From Antedon mediterranea (Eukaryota; Animalia; Echinodermata): a stretch of DNA of 64,000 nt. A program made the position numbers and the translations under genes. A model generated the notes under the pieces. The model did no database searches. It was not told the DNA's origin and saw only the letters and a program-made list of their open reading frames with translations. Location: assembly GCF_964355755.1 (NCBI RefSeq), contig NC_092676.1, forward strand, positions 8,471,888 to 8,535,887, written 5' to 3'. Positions 23,754 to 39,812 of the stretch are shown here, one piece after another (position 1 is the stretch's first letter; the number at the start of each line of letters is the position of its first letter).

Positions 23754-24049
23754 GTGAAAACCATGAGAAATGCAACCATGAAACTAAAAACGAAAAAAAA
23801 ATTAAAAAAAAAAATGTAAAAAATTTGTATCATTATTTTCATTTTGCTTTTATTGAAACGACATAGGAGGTGCTTCGGTAACAGTGCATCATAAACACAG
23901 GTGATGCCCACAAGCCCTAAAATCACAAAACTTTCTCAATTAATAAGAGATAACACTCTATATCAATAATTGATTGATGTCTAATTTAATTTAGGCCTAA
24001 ATAATAATGCCTAAATTTGTTCTCCCTTTTCAATTGTATCAATGACTGT

Positions 24050-24312
24050 TATTGTCCCCCAAAAACATGAACAATAAGGATTGAATAAATCAGACTTTGA
24101 ATATGTTATTTTGTAGATTTAATAAAGTTAATCACTTCCAAAGAAAAGAAAACCCTCAATCAATGTTTTGCTTACATAACAGTTTTTTTTAGGTAAATAA
24201 TTTTTTTTTTGGATTACATTTTTGGTTAAAGTGAATAACTATTATGTGACATTAAAATGACATATTCAACAACAAAATGTTTAAAAACATTTTTTTTTAG
24301 AACAATATACCT
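24050..24312. mobile_element. MITE family B copy
   Basis: TATTGTCCCCC...ACAATATACCT|TTAA and shared internal sequence. Confidence 0.75.
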
Positions 24313-27300
24313 TTAACTATTCCAGTCTGTTGAAAGCTGAAAATTAAATTTTATTTTTTAAAAACTGTAAGTTTTATAGGAAGTCATTAAGCTGGAATTC
24401 CACACGGAGTTTTGAGTTAATATTAGTAAAAATTCGTTTCATACGTATACTACTTGAGCTTGTATTTTCAGACAAAAATCAAAACATTGAATGGTGGACT
24501 AACATAAAAAAGATAATAAATACAGACTTGGGGCAAGCAATAGTGGGCAAGCATACTTGGGGCAAGCATAGGAAGTCATATGCAAAGTTATGTATACTGT
24601 TGCAGATCCTTTGCAATCTGTAATTCAAGTACCCCCTCTATAGTCTTCTAATTAACATTTTACATACTGCGTAGATATGTCTACACCTGGGTGTACTATG
24701 CATTTGTCATAATAACTAGTGAAATGCTTGTTAATATAATTACGGATGAGCCAACCCAATGTCTGCGTTAAGTCTGTATGCATTATTCCCGTAATTAAAA
24801 TACAGTATTATGTGTTGGGTCAAGTTATCTTGTTATCCAGTCCACTTAAATACTATGGTATTATACCTATAGCCGGGAATTGTAATTAGAACTCCCTGCC
24901 TATAGGTTTAATTTAAAAGGGAAACATTTGTCAAATGAGAACTTAGAAATACATGAATACCTTAATAATAGTATTACAGCATTTCCAAAATTGGTTGTGA
25001 TTTTTACATAAAATTATGTTTGTCATGCTTATTGATTTTTTTTTCCTATTAATTTGACACATATGGGACCCAACAAGGTGTTCCCTTAATAGGGTTTTCC
25101 CTGCATATTGATTGGACATAGTAATGTATATAGTATTGTAAGAGGGCAAAACATACATTTGTCATAATAGGAACTTTTTGGGTGTGGGTTAAATTTCCAT
25201 AATAAGGTTTATCAGAAATAGTGTGCGTGACGCATGGTGCGAAGGACTTAGGAGCAAACGTCATGGCGAGTACATCCGTGATTTGTTGTTTGTACGTACG
25301 CGTAGTGCATTGTGCAATGACGTCCCTCACAAAATCAAGCTATTTGCGATAAACCTTATGGATTTTGACTTGTTCATAAAGTTGTGTATTTTGTGTGTAT
25401 TGGTGTTTAAGTTTATAAACATACAGTGAGAAAACATACAAAATGAACAAGGTCATTCTCTCCCAACATATAAATTTTTATTAGCATTTATGATTGGTAG
25501 TATTAGATGTAATTTTAATATACAGTCTACATTTTATTTTGAATGACAAGTATAGGGATGAGGAGGCAAATATATCAAGAGTACTTGCCCAGAACATCAT
25601 ATCGTTATAATATTATTTACAAGTTAAACAATCCTAGTGTATTTAATATAAGATCAACTTTCCGATCATATGAATCATATAGATTATCACATCAAGCTAC
25701 AAAGGCTCATAAAAACTTGTCAAAAAATTGCAATCACTATCTAGACTCAAGTGTAATAAAATATGTTTGTTGTCAGTATTGCACTCAAATCGTATTCAAT
25801 AAATAGATTAAAACTTAAAATCATTAATGACTATATGTTCTACATTGTACAAACAGAAGTAGAAATAAAATGGAATTGCACTTAAAACACAAATAAACTT
25901 CAAAATCACCCCTGATATGATAGATCTGTTATCAAAAAACTATGTGTGTACTACATTCTATGTATAAAACAAAAATCAAATCGGAACCTATATCTAAAAG
26001 TATGGAGGTAAAAAAATGTTTTAAATTGAGATTTGTACACGCACACACACACTATGGGTCCCAATTTTGAACACATATAGACATATAATTTGTAGAATAA
26101 TCCATTGTTTATTTAGTATCAAGAAAATTCACTGCATAATATATGATTTGGTTAATAACAAATCAATCGGAAAATAATAATAATGATCATAATAACATAA
26201 CTGAAAGAATAAAAACAACAGTGAAAGAACATGATAAATTAAAACCTCAATAATATATAATTAAAAAAAATCAATAAACAGCATTAACACATTGTATGAA
26301 GTCTTACTTTATCGAAATAATATGTTATATTAGTTTTATAATACATTATTATATAACATATCATAATATATCATTATATTATTGGTAAACACTTTATTTT
26401 ATAAAAAAAAACTCAAAGAAGACTACCGATATCGAATGTATAAAAGCAAACCACATTTAACTTTGTATTAAAATTAAGTTATATATATATATATATATAT
26501 ATATAACTTGCACATAAGGATCTACTGTTTAGAGATCAGAGAGACATTATATAAAGGAGAAATTGAAATAAAAAAACCAAATAAGAAAGTTCTTTACATT
26601 ATTCATAGCAAAATGTACACATATTTTCTTTTCTCCCACAAATTATTCTCAGAATATTTAACTTCAAACATTTATTTGAAGAAATAAAACAAGTTGAACA
26701 AATATACATTATAAACTTGTACTTTACAAGATTAACGAATTATCAATGCAGAACTAAGTTTTTATATGTTAAGAGACCTGGCATAAAAAAAATGGTTGAA
26801 CTTATGGCATTAGCACTCATGTAAATACCCATTACATGCATTTAGGTTGTCTAGTAAAGAAAAAGAATAGCAGAAACTGGCAAGCAAGTGAAAACTAACA
26901 AAAAAAATATTCACACAAAATACAAAGTTAAGATTTATAAAATTGGCAAAATGTAGGCAGCTAAACTTAATAACAATCAGTGAAAAAAGAGTTTCAAGAA
27001 AGGGATAAAAATATGTAATAAAATAAACCAATGACAAAATAAAGTTTTAAAAACCTGATAAAAATAATCACAATAAAATATATTTGTTTTTGAAAAATAA
27101 ATTTGAATTTACACCACTGATAATCAACATGTGTTATACGTTTGGATGCTAATTAAGGTGAAATACTGGTCTTCGGATGCAGTACATTAGAAAACCATGT
27201 TTGTTCGGAAAAGTGTGTATGGGATGTGTGAAATTGAACTTCCCTGTACTACTGTATATTACCTCAATCAGCATACAATTATGAAATCTGACCACATGGG

Positions 27301-30300
27301 AACGGAACAAACTTTTTCCACAATCATCACCGTTTTAATAATTTATTCTGCAACATCTTGAATTTCATACTCAAATTTATAATTTCATCAAGTAACATTT
27401 TATATGGATCTATTGAGTCATTGATTTATTTAAAACATATTTTTCATTAATTAATGTTTTTATAAGAAAAAAAGTTGCGGAATGTGTTATCCTGTTAATG
27501 GAAGGAATGAAATCAGCTCGTCCACTCAAGATATATAAATTAATATTTGCATACTTAAGACAAATTAATTAATTAATTAATCATTATTGGAAACTTTTTA
27601 TTTGTAATTATATCAAAATCATTTAATTTATAAACCCCAGAGAACAGTTTTAGAATTGTGATTATTTTTGTCACAAGGTTTAACATATGAATAGTAAAAA
27701 ACAAGATTACCAGTAAGCCTAATATTTAAAATTATTTATTTTCAGATGCACACAAAAGGTGGTAATAATATACAATTGCCACATAAAATAATATTTGTTA
27801 ACATTCATATAATTAAAATGGTAATATATTCCATGCATTGATTCATGGCACATCATTTCAGTAAGATCAGAGGTGGGTTTGGGGTTGTATTACGTAAATG
27901 GTAGTTAATTTAAATAAATAATTTTTTTTATGTAGATTTTTAATATATTATAAAAAGAAGACCATACTACTACATTACCTTAAAGAATCCCTTTTATATC
28001 CATTATAATAAAAACATAAACTAATATTTTTTTAGAATTTTTTTACTGTTGATTGTTTATTTTATTTTATGATAATCAGGTATTGGGTGTTTGTAATACC
28101 TTTTTATGTTATAAAGACATCACTACCACTAATGCATAGAATACAACTGTACACGAAAGGGTTAAACAACTAACGTAAGATTCTAAATACAGTTTGGTTT
28201 ACTGTTCATATATTTACAAATTTCAGTATAAAATTGCATAGGTAAACTGGAGACATTGGAGAAGCATGCGATTACCATTTTTTTTTTTTAAATATATTTC
28301 GCATTACAATTTTTGCAAAATTTGTTGCAATGGTGATGGGAGTATGTATTTTTCCGTCATTTTTCTTGTAACTCTTCGGAAAATGAGAAATTGTTAAAAA
28401 AACAATGATAACCACATACTTCTTTACCAAGGCCTTTAGGACCAACAGACAGACAAGAATGTAAAGAAAACAAAGACATGGTATCACTTCCAAATTTGTA
28501 TATTAAAACTCATTGTTAGATATTTCTTGATCGTACGACTACATTTGCATATGTTAATAGTCTATTGTGATGTTTGATATCCATACAATCACGTTTCGTG
28601 ATTATATTTATTGTGGAAACAATGATGTCAAATCATAAAAAACACACACACATAATGTTTACAGAACAATAGTGGACGCAGAATACAATTGGGCCACAAG
28701 CGCCTTCCCTTGAAACGCTTCCAACAAATATGGAACGGAAAAGAGAATGCGTTTGTCGGCCCGAGAATATAAAATGTACGAGACTGATTGTTAGAAACTT
28801 TGAATTGTTTCTTTGTGTAATATTCGATATATGAAGATTTTCAATACACATAAACGTACATTTTTTCCTGAATCCACTCATGCATATAATATAAAAATTA
28901 CATTTCAGATATAATATTATATTATTATGTCTTACATTAGTATAAGTACATTACTTAATTGAAGAAAAACAGACTTAAATTATTATTAAATGAATAATAA
29001 AGCATAGTATTACTTATTAGCTGATTTGTTTAAAGTAATTATTAAAACAACACATGCATTTCAGAAAATAGTTTGGTAACCTTGACAACCGTGATATCAT
29101 AATTGATTCTATTTTTTGTCCTTAATTTCTTTTTAATTTTAAATAAATTTGGGAGAGATCTTGCTTTATTGTTTTAAAATTATTATATATTTTACTATTT
29201 TATATGAAAAAAAAAAGTTCAACCTATTTACGAAGAATATAGAAAATTAAATTGTATGTTATAAACACGTTAACATGAAATTAATATGATAGATAATACC
29301 CCACTTTGGCAGATCTTGTCTCAAACGATTAACAATTATTTATCATATATTTCCAACTTAATAATGGAAGTTTATTTTACTGATTAGATTGGGTACACTT
29401 GGCAAGAATAATATTAAGATATAAACATGTGCTTTGCTTTTAAATAAATTTATTTTAGTAAGTATACGAAATGTGTATTACTGTGCACTGTATATAGTAC
29501 ACATTATATGTAGTGTACAAAATGAATAGAGTTTGGCACGAAGAGAACGAGTTACTGAATAAAAATGCAATTCATTACATATTGTAGTATTATGTGGTGA
29601 GAGGTGATGCGACCACTTTATGTTATTACAGCATTATTACAAATGCATGATGGGTAGCAACGTGCTGTGTACTATTGAATGCGTATCTATGCTTTTATTA
29701 CCTAATTATATTTATGATAACATTTATGAAATTATGTATAGGAATCTTGCAACATGCATTAATAAAAGAATTTACTGACAGGAGCAAATATATCTAGTCA
29801 ATATAGCACTGGCCATTATTGCTTTCGAATATTCATTAGATGTCATGCATGAGCGCACTCTGATGTCTCCCTACAACTATCAATGCTCAGCAAACACAGC
29901 ACGATATTCGTCGCTTAATAATACGTTTCAATGAACACATAAATTGTTAGTGATTGCCGATCTTTAGTATCATGATGTAATTCTATATTGTGAATACGCT
30001 GACCAGAAATACATTCAAAATTTTCTTTCTACCTTTTATTTAATAAAGAAATTAAAGTCTATGCATAGTGAGAAAAGATAGTAATAAATTAATAATATTA
30101 ATCATATAGATTAATATTTAATAAATAATCAACAAATATCCATAATCAGTACTATGTAGTATTTAAATTTGGTTTAAAAATTTGTTCATAATATTTTGTA
30201 TAACTACAAAAACCATAATCTCAGGATTATTTTTAATATATTTCCTTTCAAAGTTCAGAATATTCAAACTTGATAATTTATTTGACCCTTGACCTGTACA

Positions 30301-33300
30301 ACCACATGCGCATTTCGTGTGTGGAAGTAAATCTGTATTATGTAACACCTCTTAAAGTTTTGATATTGAAAACTGCGATTGACGAGTAAAGATGACCTTT
30401 TGTATCTCATAAACTGGAAATATGTCTTACACGTTTAGGCCTGATATTATGTCATCGGCGTACCTTAGTAAGGCCTCGAATCAGCTAGGCATGTTTTTTA
30501 TGTAGCATGTGGTGATTCTATTCAAATAAGCATTATCGATTGTGCATTCGAAATAAAACTACCTTATTCCTTATTAACATTGCGAATTGTGATATTAAAT
30601 GCTTTAATGTAGGCCTGACTAAAAGAAAAATATGGATATTTATTATAGATTATGTAAAATATGAATGTAACATTAATTAAATTTGTATTAATTGCATTAA
30701 AGGATAGATTATCAATGAAAATGAAATTTGAAACGGCGAATGTCATGTTTATGTATAATAATGAATGTTTACCGTATTAATTAATTACTGTGATGATTAT
30801 TATTATGGTTTTGTGGCATATATAATATTATTTCATTAGAATAAAATTTACTTGCTCACGACATGATTAGGAATTCTAATTAAAATGCATCCAAATTCTT
30901 AACTGGTACTTTACTTTATATTGTTGAGGACATACCATGTATCCTTTAATATTTTATATAATTCTGGACTTTCTCTGCCATTTCTGATTTCTATGTTTCT
31001 GAGTTCTTGATCTCTGGATCTTCCACCAGCTGTTCTGGTCTCTGGTTCTGGTAGTTGATCTGGTGTTAGTAAAACTTGCCACTAGCTGGTTTGGTCATGT
31101 TGCTTTCTTGATCAGTAAATCTTAGCTTTAGATCCAACTCTCGGCCTGACTTTTCAATAGCTGGTCTGGTCTTCTTGCTTCTTTGATCAGAGTAAAAGCT
31201 GCCAGTTTTTCTTATTGAAGTCAAACTTGGGTTCGTCTTACCACTACATTAGCTGGTTGTTAACCCACCACACTTTATCAGTCAAAACTGATACTAGTCA
31301 GCAGTCAGTCCCAATCATCTTTTCTGAACACATCAGACATCATGATCTGTTGATAGCCATTACTTCAATTGCCATTGTTTTCATAATTGTCAAAAACCTT
31401 CAATGTCACCTTTAGCATCTGCCTTGTCATAACCACCTGCAAAGTATTTAACACATTTGAAAAAAAAATCTTGTCAATAAAGGTTTATGATCAATAAGGT
31501 TGTTGCTGTTTTGAAGAAAAATACTTTTGGTAATCATTTTCTCAGGCATCCTTGAGATTGTCTAGTAGTATGGCTAGTTCATTTTCTGAAAATGTTGCTA
31601 TTCCAAATGTGTTTTAATAGTACAAGAATTTGGTATCTAGACTTCAAGTCTTGGGAGAGTTTTCTGGTTTTTGAGAGTTGGCTGTATTTGGGAAGGTGAG
31701 AGAAAAAGAGATCTTCAATGAATAATTTTTACCATATATTACTATTATAGTTTAGTAATTAATGTAAATATTTCTATCCCATTTTAATACACATACAACT
31801 AATAAACATAATTGTATCAGAACTCCAAAGAGCATTAGAATCCAAATAGCAGTACTGCTCACATATGTTTATCTCCTTATGTTATGAAGAATAAATGGGC
31901 ATACATAATTGTTAACGAAACAGACAATATGGAGATATTGCAAAAACATTTGCAAGTTATATCACCGCACCATTTCCTTCTAAACATCCCAGCTGTACCA
32001 ATGACATCCCAGAATTTGTTGTGAAAATGTGACAGGATTGGGAAAACCGAGAGATTATGTAATGTTTGTTTTGCCATCTAAATATAGAAATTAAAAATAT
32101 TAAAGGGAACATAAAATAAAAATTAATCAAACTATTAATTTTTATAATTGGCTTGACTGTCAGCAATGTTGTAAATTTATAATTATTTTATAGTAAGTTG
32201 TAATTAGAACTAATTAATTACAACTCCCTGGTAAGTAAATAATATTATAATGAAGTAATAAAATAAATATGGTATATATATTATATAAATATTAATTTTT
32301 TAAATAATTAAAACACAGTATAAAATACTAATTTTAATAGCAGTCTATATCATTAATAAACATAATAATATTATTGATTATTTTATTTAAATGTTTTCAT
32401 TTGATTTGTATAATATAAATGTATGTCTTGTGTGGATATGTACACATGCAATAATCATATTTTCATAACTGTTTTTCTTAATAAGTATACACTGAAATTT
32501 GTATTTTATATTATCTCTGCGTAGATAGTAATAATTATACATTCAATGCATTTCACTGTACCCAAGTGAATATGCATACATATTTAAATACCATAAAAGC
32601 GGTATATACTAACAATACAATACACACATAACATAGTAAAGTATAATACATTCTACAGTAAAATACACGCCATCGTGGTATACTTCAATATCTCAACATT
32701 AATTTCATCATATAGGTTACATGAAATATATATGATATATACATTCAATTATGTATATATTTTCTCTAATACTTCATAGATGAATGCACAAATTCAGCAG
32801 AGTTAAAATTTATGAGAAATTTGACATTAAATTACCCAGATCTGCTCATAGGTCTTATAAACACGTCTTGTTGTATATTGATTTTGCCAAGCAGGTTTTA
32901 TTATGATGCCTAGATGTCTGTCCACTGTGTCTCCAATGAACAGTTTTTGCTACGTAATTGAAAAGTCTCAGACAATCGCTATAATATTATTAATACTATA
33001 AAAGCCTAATCATAATCTTAGTTTAATTGTGATAATGTTTTCATAAAGCAAGTTCTTAAATCGGTTAATATTAAATATGGGTCGACATCTCCTATATTTA
33101 GCTGTATAATTATATGTTAATAATATTATCAATGGTAATAAAGTAGTAAAAGATCATTACGCATTAAAAATAGGCTGGGAAAATGGGTTGGGGTTAAAAC
33201 AGAACTGCAAGATTTGCAGATTGCTTTAGGAATCATACATAACATATGGACTGGCAGTAGTTTAACATTTGTAGAAATATACAACACAATATAATATAAA

Positions 33301-36300
33301 TATATGGACATGCTTCATTAAACCTGAAATGAATAGTAATATAAGAGATATATAATGCTAAATACAAACTGGATACTTGCATGTATTCGAGGGCTAACAT
33401 TCTCAAATATGCTGGCTAATGTTTACATATAACTAGCTACTCTTCACATTTAAAGTAATTGTGACACGCGAGGCCGTGATTAAGGTTATTTTAATATTTT
33501 TATCTACTGTATACTCGGTAAATTTGGAAAGGAAATGTAATTGTGGCAGCATATTAATCCAACCTGTTCGAGTCAGAGTTTGCTCCATGTGGTCATATGT
33601 AATGTGGGGATGTGGGGGAGGGGATGATGATGGGGTAGGGGAACTTTGATCAGCTGTAAGATGTTGAGTCAATCTGCACATTATTATAATAAATCATTTT
33701 CAATATGCAATATCATTTATACAGTCGTACTATAGAAGGTCTGTAACTGCAGAGCTAAATGCTATTACTTTGTTTTACCCAATGATATTGAACTATTTTT
33801 TCCCCCTTTGCAACATTTAAAAAACAAAACTTCTTAATTGCTAGTTAAAGTTGTATATCGCATATTTTAATGCATAAACAAACTAAATTAAAACAAAGTA
33901 TACTAACATATCATTGCCCCGATTCCAAGCACCTTCCATAATGCTCAGTACACTTCTGAAATAATATAAAAGAAGATAAAAGTTAAAAATGTGATAATTA
34001 AAATGTTTTAATTAATTCAATTACATATTCGCAACAAATACTGACTGCTTTAGTTCACAGGATAGGGAGCTGTCAATATGAGACAAAATAGGATAGCATA
34101 TCATCTTCTTTGTCTGGGCCTAGAATCCGCCAAAACTCAGGGGAATCGAAAAGGAGCACGTCTCAATGTCTCCACATTAAATTAATATAACATAAGTAGT
34201 TTAAAAAACAAATTTAAAGTCTCCTCCTTTAGGCAAAACAACTTTCCCTGTCAAGTGTCATGACTGTAAAAACATTTGTTTTGTATATTCGGAGACATAA
34301 GTTTAGATTTTCGATTTTCAATAATGTTTTTTCAGTTTCTATTACAGGTGAAAAAGGAGTTGCCTGCCCGATGGATATTGCACCACCAAGAATACTGTAG
34401 AAAAATGTTACACTTGATTTTTAAAAAAAAAAGCTTTATTGTGCAAAATGGCCAAAATCTTCTATAGCCTATTACCTGTGCCAATTGAGTATAGTAACCA
34501 TTGCGTTTAAATATGATTATTGAGGCCAAATTTGCTACGATTGCATACGTTTATTGCAACTGCCCTAATTCTTGTGATAAAACAAATTGTATGACCCATA
34601 CATCCTTTATTTATGGGCGCCCTGAGTATAATATTTCACAATGAAATAAGGGCACTAGTAATCTTATATATTGTAGCATCTACACACAATTTCTGCAAGA
34701 CTGACTAGACTTAAGGGCTACTAATCAATGAATTGTTAATTTAGCTTCCCAACGTTTTGTGCATATTGCAGTTTTTCCCATTCACATGTTAAGAGACTAT
34801 TATTTGCACTGAAATGGCTACAAACACTCAAATAAATCAATTTACTATTAACAGTATGGCAAGTATTGTATTATAACAAATTTTCTACATAAAAATCTGG
34901 CTTACATTCTACGGCATCAGCTAAATGTAAAAAGAAACTGCATTGTTGTGATCGAGTGTATTGATATAAACTCATGTTTAGATCATTTGGGAACGCAATT
35001 AACAAATTAGTAAAATAATTATTCAATTTATATTAATTAAATAACAGTGGTTGGAAAAATATCTAATTAATCATAATTAATTGTTTAATAAGCTTTAAAT
35101 AATTCATTGATTAAATAAAATAACCTGAATAATATGTTTTGTTGTATTTCAGATCGATTAATACTTTTATTCCCATTGAATAAGGATCTAAACTATAAAG
35201 CTGCTGCTCTTTAAAAAAAAATTTCCATGTACCAAAAAAAAGATTTCATTTTATTTTGGACATAATGGGGAGGGGGGGGGGTTACATACTGACACCTGAT
35301 TTAAATTTAAATACAATTTGAAATATCATTTACAACAAATTATGAATGTTAAATTGTAATATATATGTTTTGTAAAGAACAGAATTTATAAAAATGGGAT
35401 GTTCATTTTGAAAAAATGAAAAATAGAAATGGGTGCATTCCTAACCTAATTTAAATATAAATACAATTTTTCATACATTTTATTGAAAAATCCTTTTAAA
35501 ACACATGTGCCCTTATGTACATTGAAATTGAATTGTGAATGTTCAACTGTAGTTATTTTCTGTCAACTACGCAATATTGATTGCGTACCTCTACTAGCGG
35601 GGTCACTAGCCTGTTGTCTTGATCAATTACGTACTCAGTTGAAACAGAATCAACAAAACGCACATATTGATGTGCAAACAAGGAAAGGTTCTTTACAGGA
35701 ATCGTTCAGAGTTCCGTAACAAAAAACTAATGATTGTTAAAATATTGCAACGATGAAACAAAACCTTTGCATTACAAATTATTTTTCCCCATCAATTTCA
35801 TGTTTCACTCGTTGGGCTTTTTGTAACAATCGTATTAATTATAATAAAACAGCAATAATTTTCATCACAGGATGAATGTGTGTGTACTATGTATATTACC
35901 AGAACATTTCAAAAAGTAGCCCATCTCAAAATCAATCCCACTGGGCTTCTTTTCAGATAGACTATTTGAATATCAAAGGAACAAGGTGATTTTTTTTTAA
36001 AATCCTGTTATTATAGTAGCAATTCACAAAATTTATCTTATTTATTTCGAAAAGAAACCCCCCTCATTTAGCAAAAGTAATCTTGAAAAGAAGCCTACCC
36101 AAGAGTATGAAAAAAAAGAAGCCGCCCATGGGCTTCTTTTCGAGGTTTTACTAACCTATACCCTAACCCTTTACATCACCTAGAGGTTACACACACTGGC
36201 GCTTCTACACCAGCGTTTTGTATTGCATGGTGTGTAAAAACTGGGTTCAAATCCCATCAGATTTATTTTTCCTGAAAAAAACAGCTCTACTCCCAAAGAC

Positions 36301-39240
36301 TTGTTTTTTACTTTGTTTATGTAGATCATCTTTGATGATAGTGAATTTATTCACTCATGTTATGGTCATCCTCGGCAATTTTATATAAAGGAAGATGACA
36401 GAGTGATATTTATGATGATAAAAAGAGAATGATCTGAGAATGATGATGGGGATATGGCCTATTGATGATAGTGATCAGGTCCAAATTAGTGAGACAGTGA
36501 AGATGATGGTGATGATATTATCATTGATGGCAGTATGTAACGAACATGTTACCCTATGATAATTATCTAGGTTAAAATCAATTATCTCGTATTCTGTGTA
36601 GTTTGCGAGTTGATTGAATTTATGCAGTCATCCAATAGCAGGGAGAGTTTCTGTGTAAAGCTATATAATTTACTAAAATCAAAAGATTTACAAACATAAG
36701 CTTTGGAATATAATACCAACAAAATAAACACGCTCAAATATTAAATCAGTGTTTTTATCTCGGGAAGTACAATTTGTTTGTAGAAACCATTCAAATAGGT
36801 TTATTATTTGTCTTACACGATACATCAAATTAACTATTACGATTTCCTTGATTGATTAGATTGGATAAATTGTCCAGCGTTTGAAAACGTTCCCGCACCT
36901 GTTAGGAAATTGTAACTGTGTAGGGTTAAAGTTCACTCATAAATTACATGGATATCTAGATCATAAACTGTGATATAGTTCTACTTTATCTGAGAATATT
37001 GCATCATTGAAATTACGCCCTAACATTATAATGATACCGTGCAATTACATAGTGGAAGCTAGCAACATTACTGTGCATGGTCCATTACATTAATGAGATA
37101 TGCATGACTAAGTAACTGTATGTCAGACATTACTACATTTACTAAGACAAATAAGAAATATTGCAAATTTCTAATAAATAAAACAATTTCAACAAGGCCA
37201 TCGAATATAATTTTTAATATTTTATAATTTTACAATTGATAATTGTAATACCTACAGGATAAAACTAACTCTTTTATCTTTGGCTATTAGTATTAATATT
37301 TATGTTAACCTTTAATTAATGTAATTACAAGGAACAACAAACTCGTTTATCTTTTTCTTTAGCTATTAATTAATTCATTCATTAAATCTTATTTCACAAC
37401 CTCATGTCCATAGAAAGTAAAATTACATATAAATTAATTAAAAATAATGTTTATTTTAAGTACCGGTATAAGTAATTTTAGAATATAATATTGTCTTCTT
37501 TATCAACTTATATTACATAATTTCATATTAGACTCCAAATAAATATTACAGACACTGAAAAAAATGAATATGTTGTCATGTATAAAGATGTGGAAATATG
37601 TGAGAGAGAATAAGAAAAAGCCACTTCAACTTAGATTTGAACCAGGAATCTTATTCTCAATATCCTAGCATTAGACCACCATTATATTTTTATATATGCA
37701 TGCAATAATTATTCACTTATTTTAAAACCTATAGTCATAAGCTCGTGTTAAAAGCTTCCAAAATGAATATAGGATAAATAGCACTTTTATCCAAAATTGG
37801 ATTGAGTAACTGATAAACGATTTTAAAAACATGTATAAGAAATATGAATAATGCATGGGAAGAACTAGTCAGTTTTACATCAAATTCCTAGCAGGCGCAT
37901 AATTCTTGAGGCATCCTAATATAACGCTTTCTTCTGTTACATTTTAACTTACATTCTCTCTCCATTCTCTTTCCGATATTAAAGTATTTCTGGTTAATAA
38001 TCTGTATCATCGTGTCTCTCTCGCATTCTTTATCTTAATTAAGTCTCTTGACCCTTGGTGCCATAAATTTCATGCCTCAGTGATTCAGACTAACGAGCAG
38101 CAGTAGTAAACGTGAGGGATTAGTTTTTGAATTGCTGATGAATTAAAATTTCTCGATCTTTCTTATTTGTCGCAATATCGTGTTAATAAATTCAAAATAA
38201 TTATTTCCCAAAACATAATTTCAATCTTGTACTCGAACATATATATTCGTTTAGTTTAACGGAGTGAAAATGTTATTAAGTATTAATATTTATATAGAAA
38301 TAGGATATTTTTTAGTTTTAAGGGACACCCTAAACCTCTCAAGCGTGCCAATGTGAGGGAGGGCTAATCATAATGACTCAGTGTGCCAAATGTTGTCTTC
38401 GTGTCCAAAGATAGCATCAATAATGATACTAAGGGACCTAGCAGACCTCCCCACACCCATCTCCCCTGATGTATCATAACAACTACTACCATTACTCAAG
38501 AAAATTTATTATTAATCCTAGACTATTCTATTTTTCTTCTAAAATTAATGAAGACAGCTTTGCAATTTTCTTGCTGCAGTCTGTGAATGCTAAGCTTTAA
38601 TTCGATCAACAATTTGTCTGAATTTGGATCGCGTTTCATATAATGATAATTTACGTCAGGTAATGCTAATTATAGCTGCCGTAAATTAAATATTAAGATG
38701 TAAGTGATGTAAGGGGGCGACAGATATACGGGTTAAATTTCATTGAAGATGTTTTTATTGCCAATATATTATTCAAGAAAATTAACGTAATCTCTAATTA
38801 GCATATGAGGTAATCAAATAAGAAGAAACAAACCAACACTGAAATTCAGTGATGAATTATAGCATAAATCAGAAGCGTTTGTTTATAAATCTATTCGTTG
38901 TGAAGGACAACTAAGCTAAGCAACTCATCTCGTGGAAAACATGCCTTGTTAAATGGTCCTACTAAATACAGTAGAATCCTTTATCGAGAGTTATATTTTG
39001 AAAACGTGGGATGTACATATGACTTCAGAATAATTGTGAGATCTACGTTTTCGCCGCATGCTCGTTAGACAGCCGTCTCCGTAAATGGCTGTGACGTCGA
39101 GCGTGCTCAGCAAAATCTACCTCATGAATTTTCACTGTTGTTAACATACAAGAGATGGGTACCTGTCATTTCAATTGCTAATTTGACCTGCATTAGGCTT
39201 AAATTTGCCCGGCATTATGTTTTCGCCTCTATTAGATCAT

Positions 39241-39383
39241 GTTCGTCTACTCTCGCCTTTAAATCTGCCTTGAAAACTCATCTTTTTCTTTCAGATTGAG
39301 CTCTCTCATACACCGCGCCTTTGATCACTTACTGCTGGAATTGACGCGTTACAAATTCGTACTATTATTATTATTATTATTAT
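39241..39383 (+). mobile_element. L2-type 3' end
   Basis: FKSALKTHLF peptide, GCGCCTTTGA..GACGCGTTACAAAT, (TAT)n tail. Confidence 0.75.
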
Positions 39384-39812
39384 TCTGACACTTCAATATC
39401 CAGATAGGTAAAAGAAAAAATATTTAATATTTATATTTTTTTTCGATTTATTTAAAAAGTGTGTGAACAAAGTGTAATAAATCAAGTTGAAAATACTGTT
39501 GTGAATTTTAACTATCTTCAAGTGAGAAAATTTGGATTAGGCCCTCTATAGACCCACAACAGCCACAGTGCAGCGCCTACCATATTGTTGGTTGTGAATT
39601 GTATATAATTATATTGTCAATGTACCTTAAGATTCTTCTGTTGTTGTCTAAATACTTCTATTTCCTTCCAGTTGTCCGTCCAAATCCTATATGTAAAATA
39701 AATTATAACAGAATCAACATTCTTTTAATACAATAAACTCCCTCCAATTAAGACCCCCAAAATTAAGACTTGTGATGGTCTGAATAAACAAAGCGTTTCT
39801 AAAATTAGACAA

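Noticed and set aside
39664-39682. miR-184-like sequence TGGACGGACAACTGGAAGG on the minus strand
   Set aside because: Several differences from the conserved mature sequence and no complementary arm to form a hairpin
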